Virus record (IMG/VR): IMGVR_UViG_3300020469_000013
DNA length: 64,000 nt
Reading direction: 5' to 3' (one strand)
Source of the DNA: an uncultured virus (IMG/VR IMGVR_UViG_3300020469_000013)
Lineage: Duplodnaviria > Heunggongvirae > Uroviricota > Caudoviricetes > Kyanoviridae
Numbering within the stretch: position 1 is the stretch's first letter; each line of letters begins with the position of its first letter. The position numbers and the translations under genes are program-made. Positions 1 to 12,300 of this stretch are shown piece after piece. The notes under the pieces were generated by a model, which saw only the letters and a program-made list of their open reading frames with translations, did no database searches and had not been told where the DNA came from.

Positions 1-1
1 T

Positions 2-3000
2 GGTCAAATTGTAAAATCTGGAGATCTTGCGAGATTTGATGCAACTAAAACATTCTCAGAATTTAGAACTAATGAACCATTAAGAAGAAACAGTGATTTA
101 TTCACAGATTTGATAATGACCGATATTGATGTCAATACAGGCATCATGGTTGTTAGTGGATCTATAAATCTTCAAATTGACGATAAATTACTAGGAACTA
201 ATAGTGGTGATGTATGCGAAGTTCAAGCAATTACAGAATTTGATGGTTATTTTGAAATTGCATCAACAATTGATACGAATGTAGGTTGGGCAGATAATAT
301 TGGTCTAATTGGTGATAATAATCAATTCTTACCAGATAATGATTACTATCAGAATATGTCTTATGCTATTGAGAGTGAAAAGACATATGAAGAACTAATT
401 ACATATGTTAATGATATTGTACACCCTGCAGGATTTAAAAACTTTGCAAACACTCAAATTTTAGCAAAAGGTAATGCTGGTGATACATTTATTCCTGCTG
501 CAGATGCTGGTGGATTAGTTCTTGACTTTGTTAGTGATCCACTTAGAGTAGATTCTATTTACAATTTTGATATTGCTAGAGATGCAAATTCTGCTGATAA
601 TCTATCTAAGTTTATAGAACTTCAGCAAACAAGACTTGCAGATTTTATTCTATGTAAAACAAATAGAGTTCTCTTACATGATGACATTAGTTCCCAATTC
701 ATTAGCAATGAATCAAACGATTTAAGTGACAGTAGAGTTATTGCTGCTACTATTGCTGGTAGATATTTCTCAAGATATCTTGTACAAACAATACACGAAG
801 CACAAGATCCAGCTAAGAATCATTTTCAATTAAATGAATTAATTCTTATTTCATGTAATGATGATACTTTCTTAGTTCAAAAGAGTGCTCTCAACAATAC
901 AAACCAAGTTGGTTTAGCAACTGGATATGGTGAGTTCTTTGCTCAATATAATATTAATAATGGACAAACACAGGTAAGAATTAAACCTTACGAACCATTT
1001 GATACAAACTATGATATTAAAGCATTCCAGCAAGGTTTTGCTGATGCTGTTGGTACTGGTCAAACTGAATTAGGTAATGCAGAAGTTAGGAGTGTTAATA
1101 TTTCAGTAGGTTCGGGCACAACAACCGATATTGTAGGAATCAATACAGTTAATTTGGCAGGTGTTCATGGACATATCGTAGTCATTAATAAAAACTCTAA
1201 TAAAGTAGATTATCATGAGGTAGTCTTACAACATGATGGTGTTGATACTTATTTGACTGAGGTAGGAGCATTTAATAATAGGCAAAGTCTTGGTGGATTA
1301 TCTTCTCCACAGTTTATGGGAACATTTACTTCTTCTATTGATACTGGTGCAGGTGGAGTTGTAAAACTTAAATATGTTCACAGTGAGGCAAATAGCATAG
1401 ACCTTAGATGTAAGTTCTTAAATTTCAATCCTGTTGGATATGGAACTACATCAGTGAAGCACTTTAACATTCCATTTACACCCGAAGGATCGGAAAGAAG
1501 TGGAAGAATAGTTGTAGGTTCCTCTGCAACAACAGGAATTGCAACTGTATGTGGAATTACATCATTTACTGATCTATCTTTCAAATCTACAGTTTCTGTA
1601 AGTTACGGAAGTACTCAAACATTCCATCAAATATATGTTTTATCAGATCCAGTTAAAGTAGATACATTCTTATCTCAAGGACCTATTGCTGCAGTTGGAA
1701 CGACTACTGGTATTGGAACATTTGGTGCTGAGTTTAGTGGTGACCAAGTTAATCTAGAATTCTATCCAGATGCAGGAGTAACAGGTATTGTTAGTATCTT
1801 CTCTTATAATGAGATAATATATCAACAAAATGATCCTAATGGACTTCTTGCTGGTATTGGATCATTTAACTATGGACAAGTATTTGAAAATCAAACTCAA
1901 AATACTTACTTGGGTATAAACAATAGAAACCTTAGAAAGTTTGGATTAAAGTATCAAAGTACTCCAATTTACCAAAGAGCATTTAACCCTCAAAATGTTA
2001 ATGAGATTAATAAAGAAACAGGACTTATTACATTAAAACATTTCTTCTCTAATACAGAAAAAGTATCATATCTACCAGATTCTAATATTATTGGAATTGC
2101 TGCCAGTTCTTTAGAGTATTCTACTGGATATGGATCAACTGTACTTCCAAGTGAATGTTTTATTGTAAAATCTAATAATAATCAATTCTTTATCTCCACA
2201 TCAATTACTGATGCTAGAGTTGGTAAAGCAGTTACTTTTGCACAAGATAAAGGTCAAGGTAACCTTCACAAGTTTACAATGGATAAGAGAGATTCTAAAT
2301 CCATGATTACTCTTAATGGATTAGTACAGAAACCTCTATCACATACATCAGTAACATACGACTTAGATGTTGCTGTTAACGGTTTTGTTACTTGCTTTGC
2401 TTTAAGTGGATTAAGTACAATAACATCTGGCGATTTACTTAAAATAGATGATGAATATAATATTGTTCAAACAGTTGGTTTTGGTAGCACAACTACAGGA
2501 CCTATTACTGGTATTGGAACTTGGAGTCTTGTTGAAATAGAAAGAGGTTCAGTCGGTAGTGCAGCAACAGTGCATTCTGCTGGATCAACTGCAAGAATTT
2601 ATAGAGGTGCTTTCCAGATTGTTGATAGTGATATCTATTTTACAGAAGCACCTCTTGGTGGTGACTTGGGTATTATTGATGCTGGTAATCTTCTTACTCC
2701 TAGAGCAACATTTAGTGGAAGAACTTACTTAAGACAAGATTATGCAACTAACCAAGTATTTGATGACAACTCAGATGGTTTTGATGGTTTAGAAAATATA
2801 TTCCCACTAACATCTACAGGTGTTGCTGTAACTGGTATTGGTTCAACTGGTGGTAACGGAGTTCTGTTTATTAACAGTATGTTCCAAGCACCATTTGGTG
2901 AGAACAATGAAGGTGTTGCAAACTTCAAGATTATTGAACAAAGTCTTGGAGGTATTGCTAGTGTTAACTATACAGGTATTAGTTCGTTTGGATTTACTGA

Positions 3001-6000
3001 TCTAATAATAGATGAAGGTGATATTAACCAGAATCAACTACCTAGAGGTGGCATCATAATTTCTGTTGCATCCACACCAGGTCAAGGATATGCTCCATTT
3101 AAAGGTGCTAAGATTCAAGTAACTACTGGTAAAGATGGTGCTATCACTGGTTTTACTGGTATACCAACAACTAGTGATTTCATAGATATCGAAAGTGTGG
3201 ATTATGATAAGACAACTGGACTTGCAACTGTATCTACTGCAAAAGTACATAGATTTGGAGTTGAAGATTTTTCTAAGTTAGTTGGTTTAGAATTTACTTG
3301 TTCTGACTACATCTCAGGAATAACAACTCTCGGTATAACATCATTTGTATATGATCATCTTGTTGGTATTGCTACAATAATTACAGACTCTACACATGGA
3401 TTTACTGATCCAAATTTAGTAGGTATAGTAACTGATGGATTGACCTTTACTTGTGATATGGATGGTTATAGAACCAATCATACATATCCAAGATCTACTG
3501 ATCCTGCAAACAATAAGTTCTTAGAAGTTAGGAATGTAACCAGAGATGAATTTGATGTAAATGTTGGTATATCAACTCAGGTAAGATATACACCAGTAGA
3601 TGCTGTTTATGACGCAGTTGCTGGTATCATGACAGTGACTATTGGGTCACATAATATTATGTCTGGAACTAGTATCAAGATTGATCAAGAATCAATCAAT
3701 TTCCAGTGTGCGATGGATGGTCTTTCCACTACTAAGTCATATCCTAGAACAACTGATCCATATTTTGACAGAGCAATTTCCGTTGCATCTACTACTGCAA
3801 CAGGTATTGCCATAACTGTAGGAACTTCTCCTATTGTTAATTATAGTATTACTACTGCAACTTACAATCCATCAACAGGTATTGTAACTGCTACTATCGG
3901 ACAACATCCTCTTAAAGATGGAACTTCTATTAAGTTGAAAGAAGGTTCTCTAATCTTTAGATGTGAGACAGACAATTATATTTCAACTCATACATATCCA
4001 CGCAATATTATTGATACACAAACTATTAATGGTGCTCAGTATGATGCTACTGCTGGTATCATGACAGTTACTGTAATTCCTGGTGGTCGTTTAATACATG
4101 ATGGAGACTTTGTAAAATTTGATAACGACTCTATAAGGTTTACTTGCGATATGGATGGTGGAACATCTACCAAATCATATCCAAGATCAACCGATCCTTA
4201 CAGTGGTAAGTGGGTACCAATTACAGGCATAGGAACAACATCATTTGCTGTTAATGTAGGTAAGTCACCTATACAACCTTTTGCTATCTCTAGTGCTGTC
4301 TATGACCCCACTGCTGGTATTGTGACAGTTAGTATACCTGATCATGAATTCATGACTGGTACTAGCATAAGAATATCTCCAGAATCATTAGCATTTAGAT
4401 GTGGTCTTGATACTTTCCAGAGTATACATTATTATCCAAGGTCAACTGATACTGTTGGTTATAATACTGCAGTCTCTATTGCTTCTACTACAGTAGGTAC
4501 TATTTCATTCCAGATACTACCAACTCAACCATCAAGTAATGTATCAACTCATCATCATGTTCCAAATGATAAGTTAACACCAATCAGTGCATCTTATGAT
4601 CCTGTTGTTGGTATTATGACTGTTACAGTCAATAATCATGGACTTTCAAATGGTGATTATGTCAAGTTTGATGATGGATCAGTTAACTTCACATGTACTA
4701 GAGATAATAATCAAAAAGTTTGTGGATATCCTAGACCTAAAGATCCTTATCATAATACATGGATTAAAGTTTCTAATGTAACTACTAATACATTCAGAAC
4801 CAATGGCATGAAGTCATATGACAATGCCACACATACTTTTGTATCAGGAACACCTAATAGTATTACTAGATCAGTAATTGTTGGTGGCGGTGCATACAAC
4901 CATACATTCGTTAGTGCTGGTGTTGGTAGTATGGATCAGAAGCGTGATAGATCATTTGACCAACCAATTAAAATTACTGCTGGATATACTTTAGATACTG
5001 CAGAAGATATTGTTTATGATCCTGTTGCAGGTATTATGACAGTAACTGCTACTGGTCATGGAATGATGAACGGCAATTATGTTCTTATCGAGAATAATTC
5101 AATTAAACTTGAGTGTTCACAAGATAACTATGTTACCCCTCATTTATATCCAAGAATTACCGATCCAATTAGCGGTGATTGGGTAGCGGTTGCAAGTACA
5201 ACAGTAAATTCATTTGCTATAGATGTTGGTAAGACTAATACTGGTGATCAATATGTTCATAGATTTGCTGGTTCAGTAGCAAATGGTATTAGAAAACAAA
5301 ATGGAACTGTTACTTTCCAAGCAGGTATTTCAACTGATACTAGTGAGCATCGTTATGATATCATGGCAGGTCATGAAGCATCAAACGCAGTTATTAGTGG
5401 TGGAAACTATGCTCATACTTTTGCCAATGCATCAACTGGAGCGATTAGAACTGGTGGTGGATTTGAACACAGATTTGTAAGTGCTGCTTCTAGCACACTT
5501 TATATCGATTCTTGGGCAGGTGCTGCTTTAACTGTATCAAATGCAGTATATAATCCTGAGACTGGTATTGTTAGATTTACTGCTCAGAATCATGGATTAG
5601 TTGCTCCCGAAAGTTTAAAATTGAGAGGTATAGGTGTTACTTGTGCATATGGTACTAAAACATATCCAACAGGAAAATTTGGTTATCACTTTAAAGTTAG
5701 ATCTGTTGGAACAACAACATCATTTGAAACATTCGTTGGAGTCTCTACTTTACAGCATGATTATACTGGTGGTGGAGTAGTTCAAGTTGGTGTTACAAGT
5801 AATCTATTCCCAAGTTTCGATGAGGCATATCCTATCTCTGGTATTGTTTCTGCTCGCACATTTGAAGTAAATGTCGGACCTAACACAATTGGGCATACTT
5901 ATGTTCAAGGTGGTACTGTCGCTCAATGGTATCCTCTATCCTTTGGTTCTGGATATCAAACTGGATTAGGAACTATTGGTATTGCATTGTCATCTCCAAC

Positions 6001-7735
6001 TAAAGGAGTCAATGCAGAAATTAATGCTCTTGTTGGTGCTGGTGGATCTTTGATATTCAGTATTGGTGCTGGTGGAACTGGATACACTGGTGAATATGAT
6101 TCCGTCTTTGCTCCTGAACCAAACGGTGAAAATCTACCTATTGTTGGATTATCAAGAATTGGTGGTGGAACAGAAACTGGTGTTGGTTGTTCTGTTAGTG
6201 TTCAAATATCTGGTATTCAAACTGCCACTGGTATTGGATCAACTCTTGCTGAAGTTTCTAACTGGGAGTTTAGTAAGAAAGGATATGGATTTAAGCGTGG
6301 AGATGTATTTACTGTTGCTGGTCTTTCTACAGATCCTAAAGCAGGTGATAACTTTAGAAACTTTGAACTAGAAGTAATAGAAGTCTTTACTGATACAGTT
6401 GCTTCTTGGCAGTTTGGTAATATTGATTATCTTGATAACATCAAACCAAATCAAGATGGAAATCAGATGAGATTCCCACTATTCTATCAGTCACAGTTGG
6501 TCAGTTTTGAAATTGACAGAAACGATCAAGACTCTACTGAAATTGATTTATCTACTGTTCTATTAGTATTCATTAACGGAGTACTTCAAGAACCAAATTT
6601 AAACTATGTCTTTACTGGTGGTTCTATTATAGAATTCTCTAGTGCTCCAACTGTAAATGATAATGTTGTTATCTTCTTCTACAGAGGAACAATAGGACAA
6701 GATAGTTTCATATTTGATATTAATGAAAATATCAAGAAAGGTGACGCTTTAAGATTAGATAAGAGTGCTGAAATGCAGTTCAATAAAGTTACTAAAGATC
6801 AGTCAAACTTTGCACAAATTGAAGATAGAATTATCAAGAGAATTGATAGTGCTGCTACGGTAGAAACTCCATTCTATCAAGGTCCAGGTGTTAGTAACGA
6901 TAACTACAAACCTATGACATGGATTAAGCAGAAGGGAGATTTGTTTATTGATGGTTCTTTAGTTTCTAAAGCAAGAGATTCATATGAAGCTCAAATCAAT
7001 CCTATTGGAAATATTATTGGAGTTCTTTCTACAACAGATACTGCAGTTTTTGTAGATACTGTTGGCAACTTTAAAGATACTGATGGTTTACTAACAGAAT
7101 CGTTTGGTTTACTTGCTATTGCTCCTGTTGGTTTTGGTACAACTGCTGCCACTGGTGTTAATTTTGAAAATCTATCTGGTATAGAACCATTAGTTGCTGA
7201 TGTTGCTGGATACATAGGTGTGGTTACTGGTATAGGAACTACTGCTGGTATCGGTACTGATTTGGCACTTGAGATTCTAATTGATAATCAAGATTATGTT
7301 AACAATGGTAATGATGCAACAGGATTCTCAACAAACTATCCATTCAAATTATATGGAACAGGTATTAATACAGCAGGAATTGCTATAACAAGTATTGATA
7401 CGCATGACACTGATATAGTTTCTATCAGCACATATTATGGAGATAATATTTACTATGCAAGTGCAATTAGTTACCGTAATGGTGGTCGTCAAGGCATCAT
7501 TACTGCTAACATAGCATCATACACTGACACTAGTGATATGGTTGGCGTAGGATCCACTGGATTTGCTTACGCTCACTTCACTTGGGGAAGATTTGGCGAT
7601 GTAAACAGAGCAGGATCTCCTATTGCTCTTGATGTCAAGGGATTGTCTTATGACAATGAACTTAGCAAGTTCCCTCTAGTTTTACGAAGGGGTGTTGGGC
7701 ATAGGGGAACAGGAGCTCTGCCCAAACTTCTATAA
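2..7735 (+). CDS. Giant baseplate wedge initiator-like structural protein (gp7-like), 5'-truncated by window edge
   Basis: Frame is open from position 2 (no stop upstream of the ORF-track start at 110), >2570 aa, G/T/S-rich beta protein, lies directly upstream of gp8 as in T4-like cyanophages; HPAGFKNF motif seen in baseplate wedge proteins. Confidence 0.7.
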   Translation, partial: GQIVKSGDLARFDATKTFSEFRTNEPLRRNSDLFTDLIMTDIDVNTGIMVVSGSINLQIDDKLLGTNSGDVCEVQAITEFDGYFEIASTIDTNVGWADNIGLIGDNNQFLPDNDYYQNMSYAIESEKTYEELITYVNDIVHPAGFKNFANTQILAKGNAGDTFIPAADAGGLVLDFVSDPLRVDSIYNFDIARDANSADNLSKFIELQQTRLADFILCKTNRVLLHDDISSQFISNESNDLSDSRVIAATIAGRYFSRYLVQTIHEAQDPAKNHFQLNELILISCNDDTFLVQKSALNNTNQVGLATGYGEFFAQYNINNGQTQVRIKPYEPFDTNYDIKAFQQGFADAVGTGQTELGNAEVRSVNISVGSGTTTDIVGINTVNLAGVHGHIVVINKNSNKVDYHEVVLQHDGVDTYLTEVGAFNNRQSLGGLSSPQFMGTFTSSIDTGAGGVVKLKYVHSEANSIDLRCKFLNFNPVGYGTTSVKHFNIPFTPEGSERSGRIVVGSSATTGIATVCGITSFTDLSFKSTVSVSYGSTQTFHQIYVLSDPVKVDTFLSQGPIAAVGTTTGIGTFGAEFSGDQVNLEFYPDAGVTGIVSIFSYNEIIYQQNDPNGLLAGIGSFNYGQVFENQTQNTYLGINNRNLRKFGLKYQSTPIYQRAFNPQNVNEINKETGLITLKHFFSNTEKVSYLPDSNIIGIAASSLEYSTGYGSTVLPSECFIVKSNNNQFFISTSITDARVGKAVTFAQDKGQGNLHKFTMDKRDSKSMITLNGLVQKPLSHTSVTYDLDVAVNGFVTCFALSGLSTITSGDLLKIDDEYNIVQTVGFGSTTTGPITGIGTWSLVEIERGSVGSAATVHSAGSTARIYRGAFQIVDSDIYFTEAPLGGDLGIIDAGNLLTPRATFSGRTYLRQDYATNQVFDDNSDGFDGLENIFPLTSTGVAVTGIGSTGGNGVLFINSMFQAPFGENNEGVANFKIIEQSLGGIASVNYTGISSFGFTDLIIDEGDINQNQLPRGGIIISVASTPGQGYAPFKGAKIQVTTGKDGAITGFTGIPTTSDFIDIESVDYDKTTGLATVSTAKVHRFGVEDFSKLVGLEFTCSDYISGITTLGITSFVYDHLVGIATIITDSTHGFTDPNLVGIVTDGLTFTCDMDGYRTNHTYPRSTDPANNKFLEVRNVTRDEFDVNVGISTQVRYTPVDAVYDAVAGIMTVTIGSHNIMSGTSIKIDQESINFQCAMDGLSTTKSYPRTTDPYFDRAISVASTTATGIAITVGTSPIVNYSITTATYNPSTGIVTATIGQHPLKDGTSIKLKEGSLIFRCETDNYISTHTYPRNIIDTQTINGAQYDATAGIMTVTVIPGGRLIHDGDFVKFDNDSIRFTCDMDGGTSTKSYPRSTDPYSGKWVPITGIGTTSFAVNVGKSPIQPFAISSAVYDPTAGIVTVSIPDHEFMTGTSIRISPESLAFRCGLDTFQSIHYYPRSTDTVGYNTAVSIASTTVGTISFQILPTQPSSNVSTHHHVPNDKLTPISASYDPVVGIMTVTVNNHGLSNGDYVKFDDGSVNFTCTRDNNQKVCGYPRPKDPYHNTWIKVSNVTTNTFRTNGMKSYDNATHTFVSGTPNSITRSVIVGGGAYNHTFVSAGVGSMDQKRDRSFDQPIKITAGYTLDTAEDIVYDPVAGIMTVTATGHGMMNGNYVLIENNSIKLECSQDNYVTPHLYPRITDPISGDWVAVASTTVNSFAIDVGKTNTGDQYVHRFAGSVANGIRKQNGTVTFQAGISTDTSEHRYDIMAGHEASNAVISGGNYAHTFANASTGAIRTGGGFEHRFVSAASSTLYIDSWAGAALTVSNAVYNPETGIVRFTAQNHGLVAPESLKLRGIGVTCAYGTKTYPTGKFGYHFKVRSVGTTTSFETFVGVSTLQHDYTGGGVVQVGVTSNLFPSFDEAYPISGIVSARTFEVNVGPNTIGHTYVQGGTVAQWYPLSFGSGYQTGLGTIGIALSSPTKGVNAEINALVGAGGSLIFSIGAGGTGYTGEYDSVFAPEPNGENLPIVGLSRIGGGTETGVGCSVSVQISGIQTATGIGSTLAEVSNWEFSKKGYGFKRGDVFTVAGLSTDPKAGDNFRNFELEVIEVFTDTVASWQFGNIDYLDNIKPNQDGNQMRFPLFYQSQLVSFEIDRNDQDSTEIDLSTVLLVFINGVLQEPNLNYVFTGGSIIEFSSAPTVNDNVVIFFYRGTIGQDSFIFDINENIKKGDALRLDKSAEMQFNKVTKDQSNFAQIEDRIIKRIDSAATVETPFYQGPGVSNDNYKPMTWIKQKGDLFIDGSLVSKARDSYEAQINPIGNIIGVLSTTDTAVFVDTVGNFKDTDGLLTESFGLLAIAPVGFGTTAATGVNFENLSGIEPLVADVAGYIGVVTGIGTTAGIGTDLALEILIDNQDYVNNGNDATGFSTNYPFKLYGTGINTAGIAITSIDTHDTDIVSISTYYGDNIYYASAISYRNGGRQGIITANIASYTDTSDMVGVGSTGFAYAHFTWGRFGDVNRAGSPIALDVKGLSYDNELSKFPLVLRRGVGHRGTGALPKLL
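3173..5920 (+). repeat. About nine diverged copies of an ~85-100 aa module (YDxxxGIxTVT..H..G..IK..S..FxC..D....HxYPR.TDP....H(T/R)F) within the gp7-like CDS
   Basis: Motif recurs directly in the translation. Confidence 0.85.
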
Positions 7736-7738
7736 ATA
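7731..7738 (+). promoter_or_regulatory. T4-type late promoter TATAAATA
   Basis: Exact consensus, 33 nt upstream of gp8 start. Confidence 0.85.
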
Positions 7739-7771
7739 CAAAAAAGTTAGACCTTTAGTTCTACAGATGTA

Positions 7772-9343
7772 ATGGCCGCAATTATCACAGACCAGTTTAG
7801 GATCATTAATGCTAATAATTTCGTTGAATCGGTAATTAGTGGTAATAACTCCTATTATACTTTTTTGGGTCTGGCTAATCCAACAGAAACTGGATATGGA
7901 AGAACAAGTACATGGAATAGTACAACTGTTCAACCACCATCACCAACAGATAGTATTAGTTACATAAACCATGTATACGATACGATGATGTTTGGTAGAA
8001 AAGTTTTACCAGGTGATGTTCGTAGATTAGTAAGAAAAGTTCAATGGACAAAAGGTACATCATATGATATGTACCGTCATGATTATGATGTAACTAATAG
8101 ATCACTAGTTTCTAACTCTAGTAGACTCTATTCTGCAAACTTTTACATAATCAATAAAGACTTTAGAGTCTATATTTGCATTGATAACGGATCTGCAGGT
8201 ATTACATCTACTGCTGGTGCATCTCTTGATGAACCTACATTTACTGATCTTGAACCATCTGCTGCTGGTGTCAGTGGCGACGGTTATTTGTGGAAGTATC
8301 TATTTACGGTTCCTCCTGCTGATATTGTAAAATTTGACTCTACTGAGTATGTTGCTGTTCCTAATGAATGGTCATCAAGCACTGAGAATGAAGTCAAAGT
8401 GGTTCGAGATAACGGAGATTCTACGGTAAATAACAATCAAATTAAAGTTGTTTCTATTGATGCTCAAGGTGAGGGTTATTCCTTCCTTGCATCTCCGATA
8501 GAAGTTGATATACTAGGTGATGGAACTGGGGGTAAAGTCCGAGTTCAGACCAATACCAATGGTCAATTAATTTATGCAAAAGTGACTGCAGGAGGACAAG
8601 GTTACAGTTATGGTAGGGTTGATCTTTCTTCTATTAATGGTAGTGCTACAAAGTTTGCTAAATTAACACCGATTATTCCTCCTTCTAATGGTCATGGATT
8701 TGATCTTTATAAGGAATTAGGAACTGATAAAGTTTTGATTTATACTAGGTTTGATAATTCTACATATGATTTTATTTCGGACACAACATTCTCTCAAGTA
8801 GGAGTTGTTAAGAATCCAGTTGCTGCTGGTGCTGGATCTACTTCTGTTCTTAACACATCAGAATATTCCGCAGCTAATGCTTTGAAATTTTCTGGTGATC
8901 TTACACAGACTCTTGCAGTCGGTTCAGAAATCACACAAAATATACCTGGTGTTGGAACTGCCAGAGGTTATGTTGCTTCATATGATGTGAATACAACAGT
9001 AATCAAGTATTTCCAAGATAGGAATCTTTATCTTCACCCTTCATTATATGATCAAACTGATAACATAGGTGTTGGTGGAGATGCAAAAGTTGTTGATTTT
9101 ACTGCTGCTGGTGATGCTGTCATCTCTAGTGGATTCAGTGTAAACATAGATGGAGGTTTCTCTGGAATCTCAACAACTACACCATCTGGTAAAGTTGTAG
9201 ACCTTGGCGTACAGTTTACAAGTGGTCTTGCTGGACCTGAGATAAATAAAAGAACAGGTGAAATTATTTACCTTGATAATAGACCATCTATTACAAGAAA
9301 TGAACGCCAAAAAGAAGACATCAAAATCGTATTAGAATTCTAA
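7772..9343 (+). CDS. gp8: Baseplate wedge subunit gp8
   Basis: N-terminal MAAIITDQFRI, YDMYRHDY, VYICIDNG, DGYLWKYLF, C-terminal QKEDIKIVLEF typical of T4-like gp8. Confidence 0.9.
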   Translation: MAAIITDQFRIINANNFVESVISGNNSYYTFLGLANPTETGYGRTSTWNSTTVQPPSPTDSISYINHVYDTMMFGRKVLPGDVRRLVRKVQWTKGTSYDMYRHDYDVTNRSLVSNSSRLYSANFYIINKDFRVYICIDNGSAGITSTAGASLDEPTFTDLEPSAAGVSGDGYLWKYLFTVPPADIVKFDSTEYVAVPNEWSSSTENEVKVVRDNGDSTVNNNQIKVVSIDAQGEGYSFLASPIEVDILGDGTGGKVRVQTNTNGQLIYAKVTAGGQGYSYGRVDLSSINGSATKFAKLTPIIPPSNGHGFDLYKELGTDKVLIYTRFDNSTYDFISDTTFSQVGVVKNPVAAGAGSTSVLNTSEYSAANALKFSGDLTQTLAVGSEITQNIPGVGTARGYVASYDVNTTVIKYFQDRNLYLHPSLYDQTDNIGVGGDAKVVDFTAAGDAVISSGFSVNIDGGFSGISTTTPSGKVVDLGVQFTSGLAGPEINKRTGEIIYLDNRPSITRNERQKEDIKIVLEF

Positions 9344-9347
9344 GAAG

Positions 9348-12300
9348 ATGCCACAACAGACTAATCTTAATGTAAGTCCCTATTACGACGATTTTGATCC
9401 TAGTAAAGGTTATCATCGTGTCCTATTCAAACCTGGTTTTCCAGTTCAGGCTAGGGAACTATCTACTTTGCAATCTATTCTGCAAAATCAGATAGAGACT
9501 TATGGTAGTCATATGTTTAAAGAGGGTGCATTAGTCATTCCTGGTTCAACAACATTTGACGGACAATATTATGCTGTTCAAGTTAATCCAACACATTTAG
9601 GTACTGATGTTTCTGTCTATGCTAATAATGTAATAGGAAAAAGATTTAAGGGACAAAATAGCGGAGTTACTGCAAAAGTAATTAATTATATTACTGCTAC
9701 ACAATCAGATAGAGATTACGATACTTTTTATGTAAAATATATTAATTCATCTTCTACTGGAGATTTTTCATTCTTCACAGATGGTGAAATTCTTGTTGCA
9801 GAAGAATCAGTAACTTATGGTAATACAACAATTAATGCTGGTGGAACTCTTGCATCTACAATAGCATTAAATGCATGTACTACAGGTTCTGCAGCTTCTA
9901 TTGACGATGGTGTTTATTTTATTAGAGGATCATTTGTAAAAGTAAATAAGCAAACAATTATATTAGATCAATACAATCAGTCTCCATCATTTAGGGTTGG
10001 TCTACAGGTTATAGAAACTGCTGTTAGTGCGAAGGGAGATGAGAGTTTATATGATAATGCAAAAGGATTTTCTAACTTTGCAGCACCAGGTGCTGATAGA
10101 CTGCAAATAAAACTTACATTAGCCAAGAAAACAATTACAGATTTTGATGATACTGATTTTGTAGAGGTACTTAGAGTTAAAGAAGGTGCAATATATTCAC
10201 TAAAAAGAGATACTGAATATAATAAGATCAGAGATTATTTTGCTAAAAGGACTTATGATGAGTCTGGAAACTATGTTGTTAATCCATTCATGGTTAACAT
10301 GGCTGAATGTCTCAATGATCGTCTTGGTAATGATGGTATATACTATCAAGGACAAACTACATTTGATGGCAACGAACCAGATGATGATCTTGCGTGTTTA
10401 AAAGTAACTGCTGGTAAAGCATATGTTTATGGATATGATATTGATAAAACTGCTCCTAGTATAATTGATTTTGATAAACCAAGAGAAACTCAAAAAATTG
10501 AGAATCAATCATTTAATTTTGAAATGGGGAATAAGTTCCTCGTCAACAATGTAAGTGGTATTACTACACTTACCAATAGAATAGAATTAATGGGAGGTCC
10601 TCTTGGTGGGAGTGCAACTGCTGCTGGTACTGCTGAGAAAATTGGTGATGCAAAGGTATATGGATTCTCATTAAGAGATGCTGCATATGAAAATAATTCA
10701 ACTGATTGGAACTTATATCTTTATGATATCCAAACATATACATCATTAAAATTAAATGATAATGTAAGTGCATCAGAACTTAATCAATCTGGATATATTG
10801 TTGGTAAAGAAAGTGGTGCTGAAGGATATGCTGTTATTGCAGGTGCTGGATCTAGCAGCATACAAGTTACTCAAACTTCAGGAACTTTTAGACAAGGTGA
10901 AAAAATTAGTATTAATGGTGACGAAACTGTATCAAGAACTATTGAGAAAATAACTGCTTATGGTATTAATGATGTATATGATTTTGCTCAAAGCGGAAAT
11001 AGTTTCACTGCTACTAAAAAATTAAATCAAGTAATTCCTACTGGTTTTGGAAACGGTCAATTTAATGTTGCTTCTGATGGTACAGTTACTTCTCCAAGGG
11101 CAGACAGTTTCCTAGTATGGAAACCAGGTGATATATTTACTTACGGTGCTGCTGCAAATACAGCAGGTGCTGCTCTGGATGTTCCTACTCGTAATGTTGT
11201 TCTAGAAGTTGCTGCTGATGGACAAACAATGAAAGTCGGTACAATGACAACTGTTACCGATGTGTTTGATGGTGGAGTAAAAGCATTTGATGGTATTGGA
11301 TATAGAGGTGTACAGGATGTTTCATTACAGAATTCATCTTTAATTTCTAGAATTCCAGATATAGGAGTTTCTAATGTAGATTTTGGTGATTCTACTCTAT
11401 TCCTTAGTTCTCAAGTAACTAATGAAAGTAGTAATTCATTGGGTCAATTAGTTCTTCCAATAACCTCAGTCAATCTTGATGATGTAACTTTTGTTGCTTT
11501 TGATCAAGAAAGATATTCTGTGGCATATTCAAATGGAACTATACAATCTATTACTGAAGATCAAATCATAATAACTGGAACTAGTATTACATTATATGGA
11601 TTGAATCCAAGTCAGAGTAATATTAGAGTAAATGTTACTGTTCAAAAATCAAATATTAAAAACAAAGTTAAAGAATTTAAGAGATGTCAACAAACAGAAA
11701 TTACAAGATCTGCAAATAAAAGATCTGGAACTAATGCTGGAACTAGTATTAACGATGGATTGAATCATAGTGCTCTATATGGTGTTAGAGTTCAAGATAA
11801 AGAAATTTGTTTAAACTATCCAGATGCTACTGATATTGTTGCAGTCTATGAGTCTTTAGACACTAACACACCTGTACTTGATAAAATAACATTCACATCT
11901 ACTGATGATATTTTTACTGAAGCAATTATTGGTGAAAAAATTGCAGGAAAGGTTAGTAAAGCAATCGCTAGAGTAGTCTCTATTGATTCTGGTAATAATC
12001 AGATTAATATTGTATATCTTACCGATAACAAATTTACATTATTAGAATTATTAGAATTTGAAGAATCAACTGCTGTTGCTACAGTTCAAGCAACAACACC
12101 TGGTAAGTATAATGATATTACTAGCAGTTACATGCTAGACAAAGGACAAAAGAATCAGTACTATGATTATTCTAGAATTGTTAGAAACTCTGGAGCATTT
12201 GTTCCTCATAGAAAAGTATTAATCATATACAACAGATATGATGTTCCTAGTGGTGATACTGGAGATATATTTACTGTTAATAGTTACGGTGCAGAAAGAT

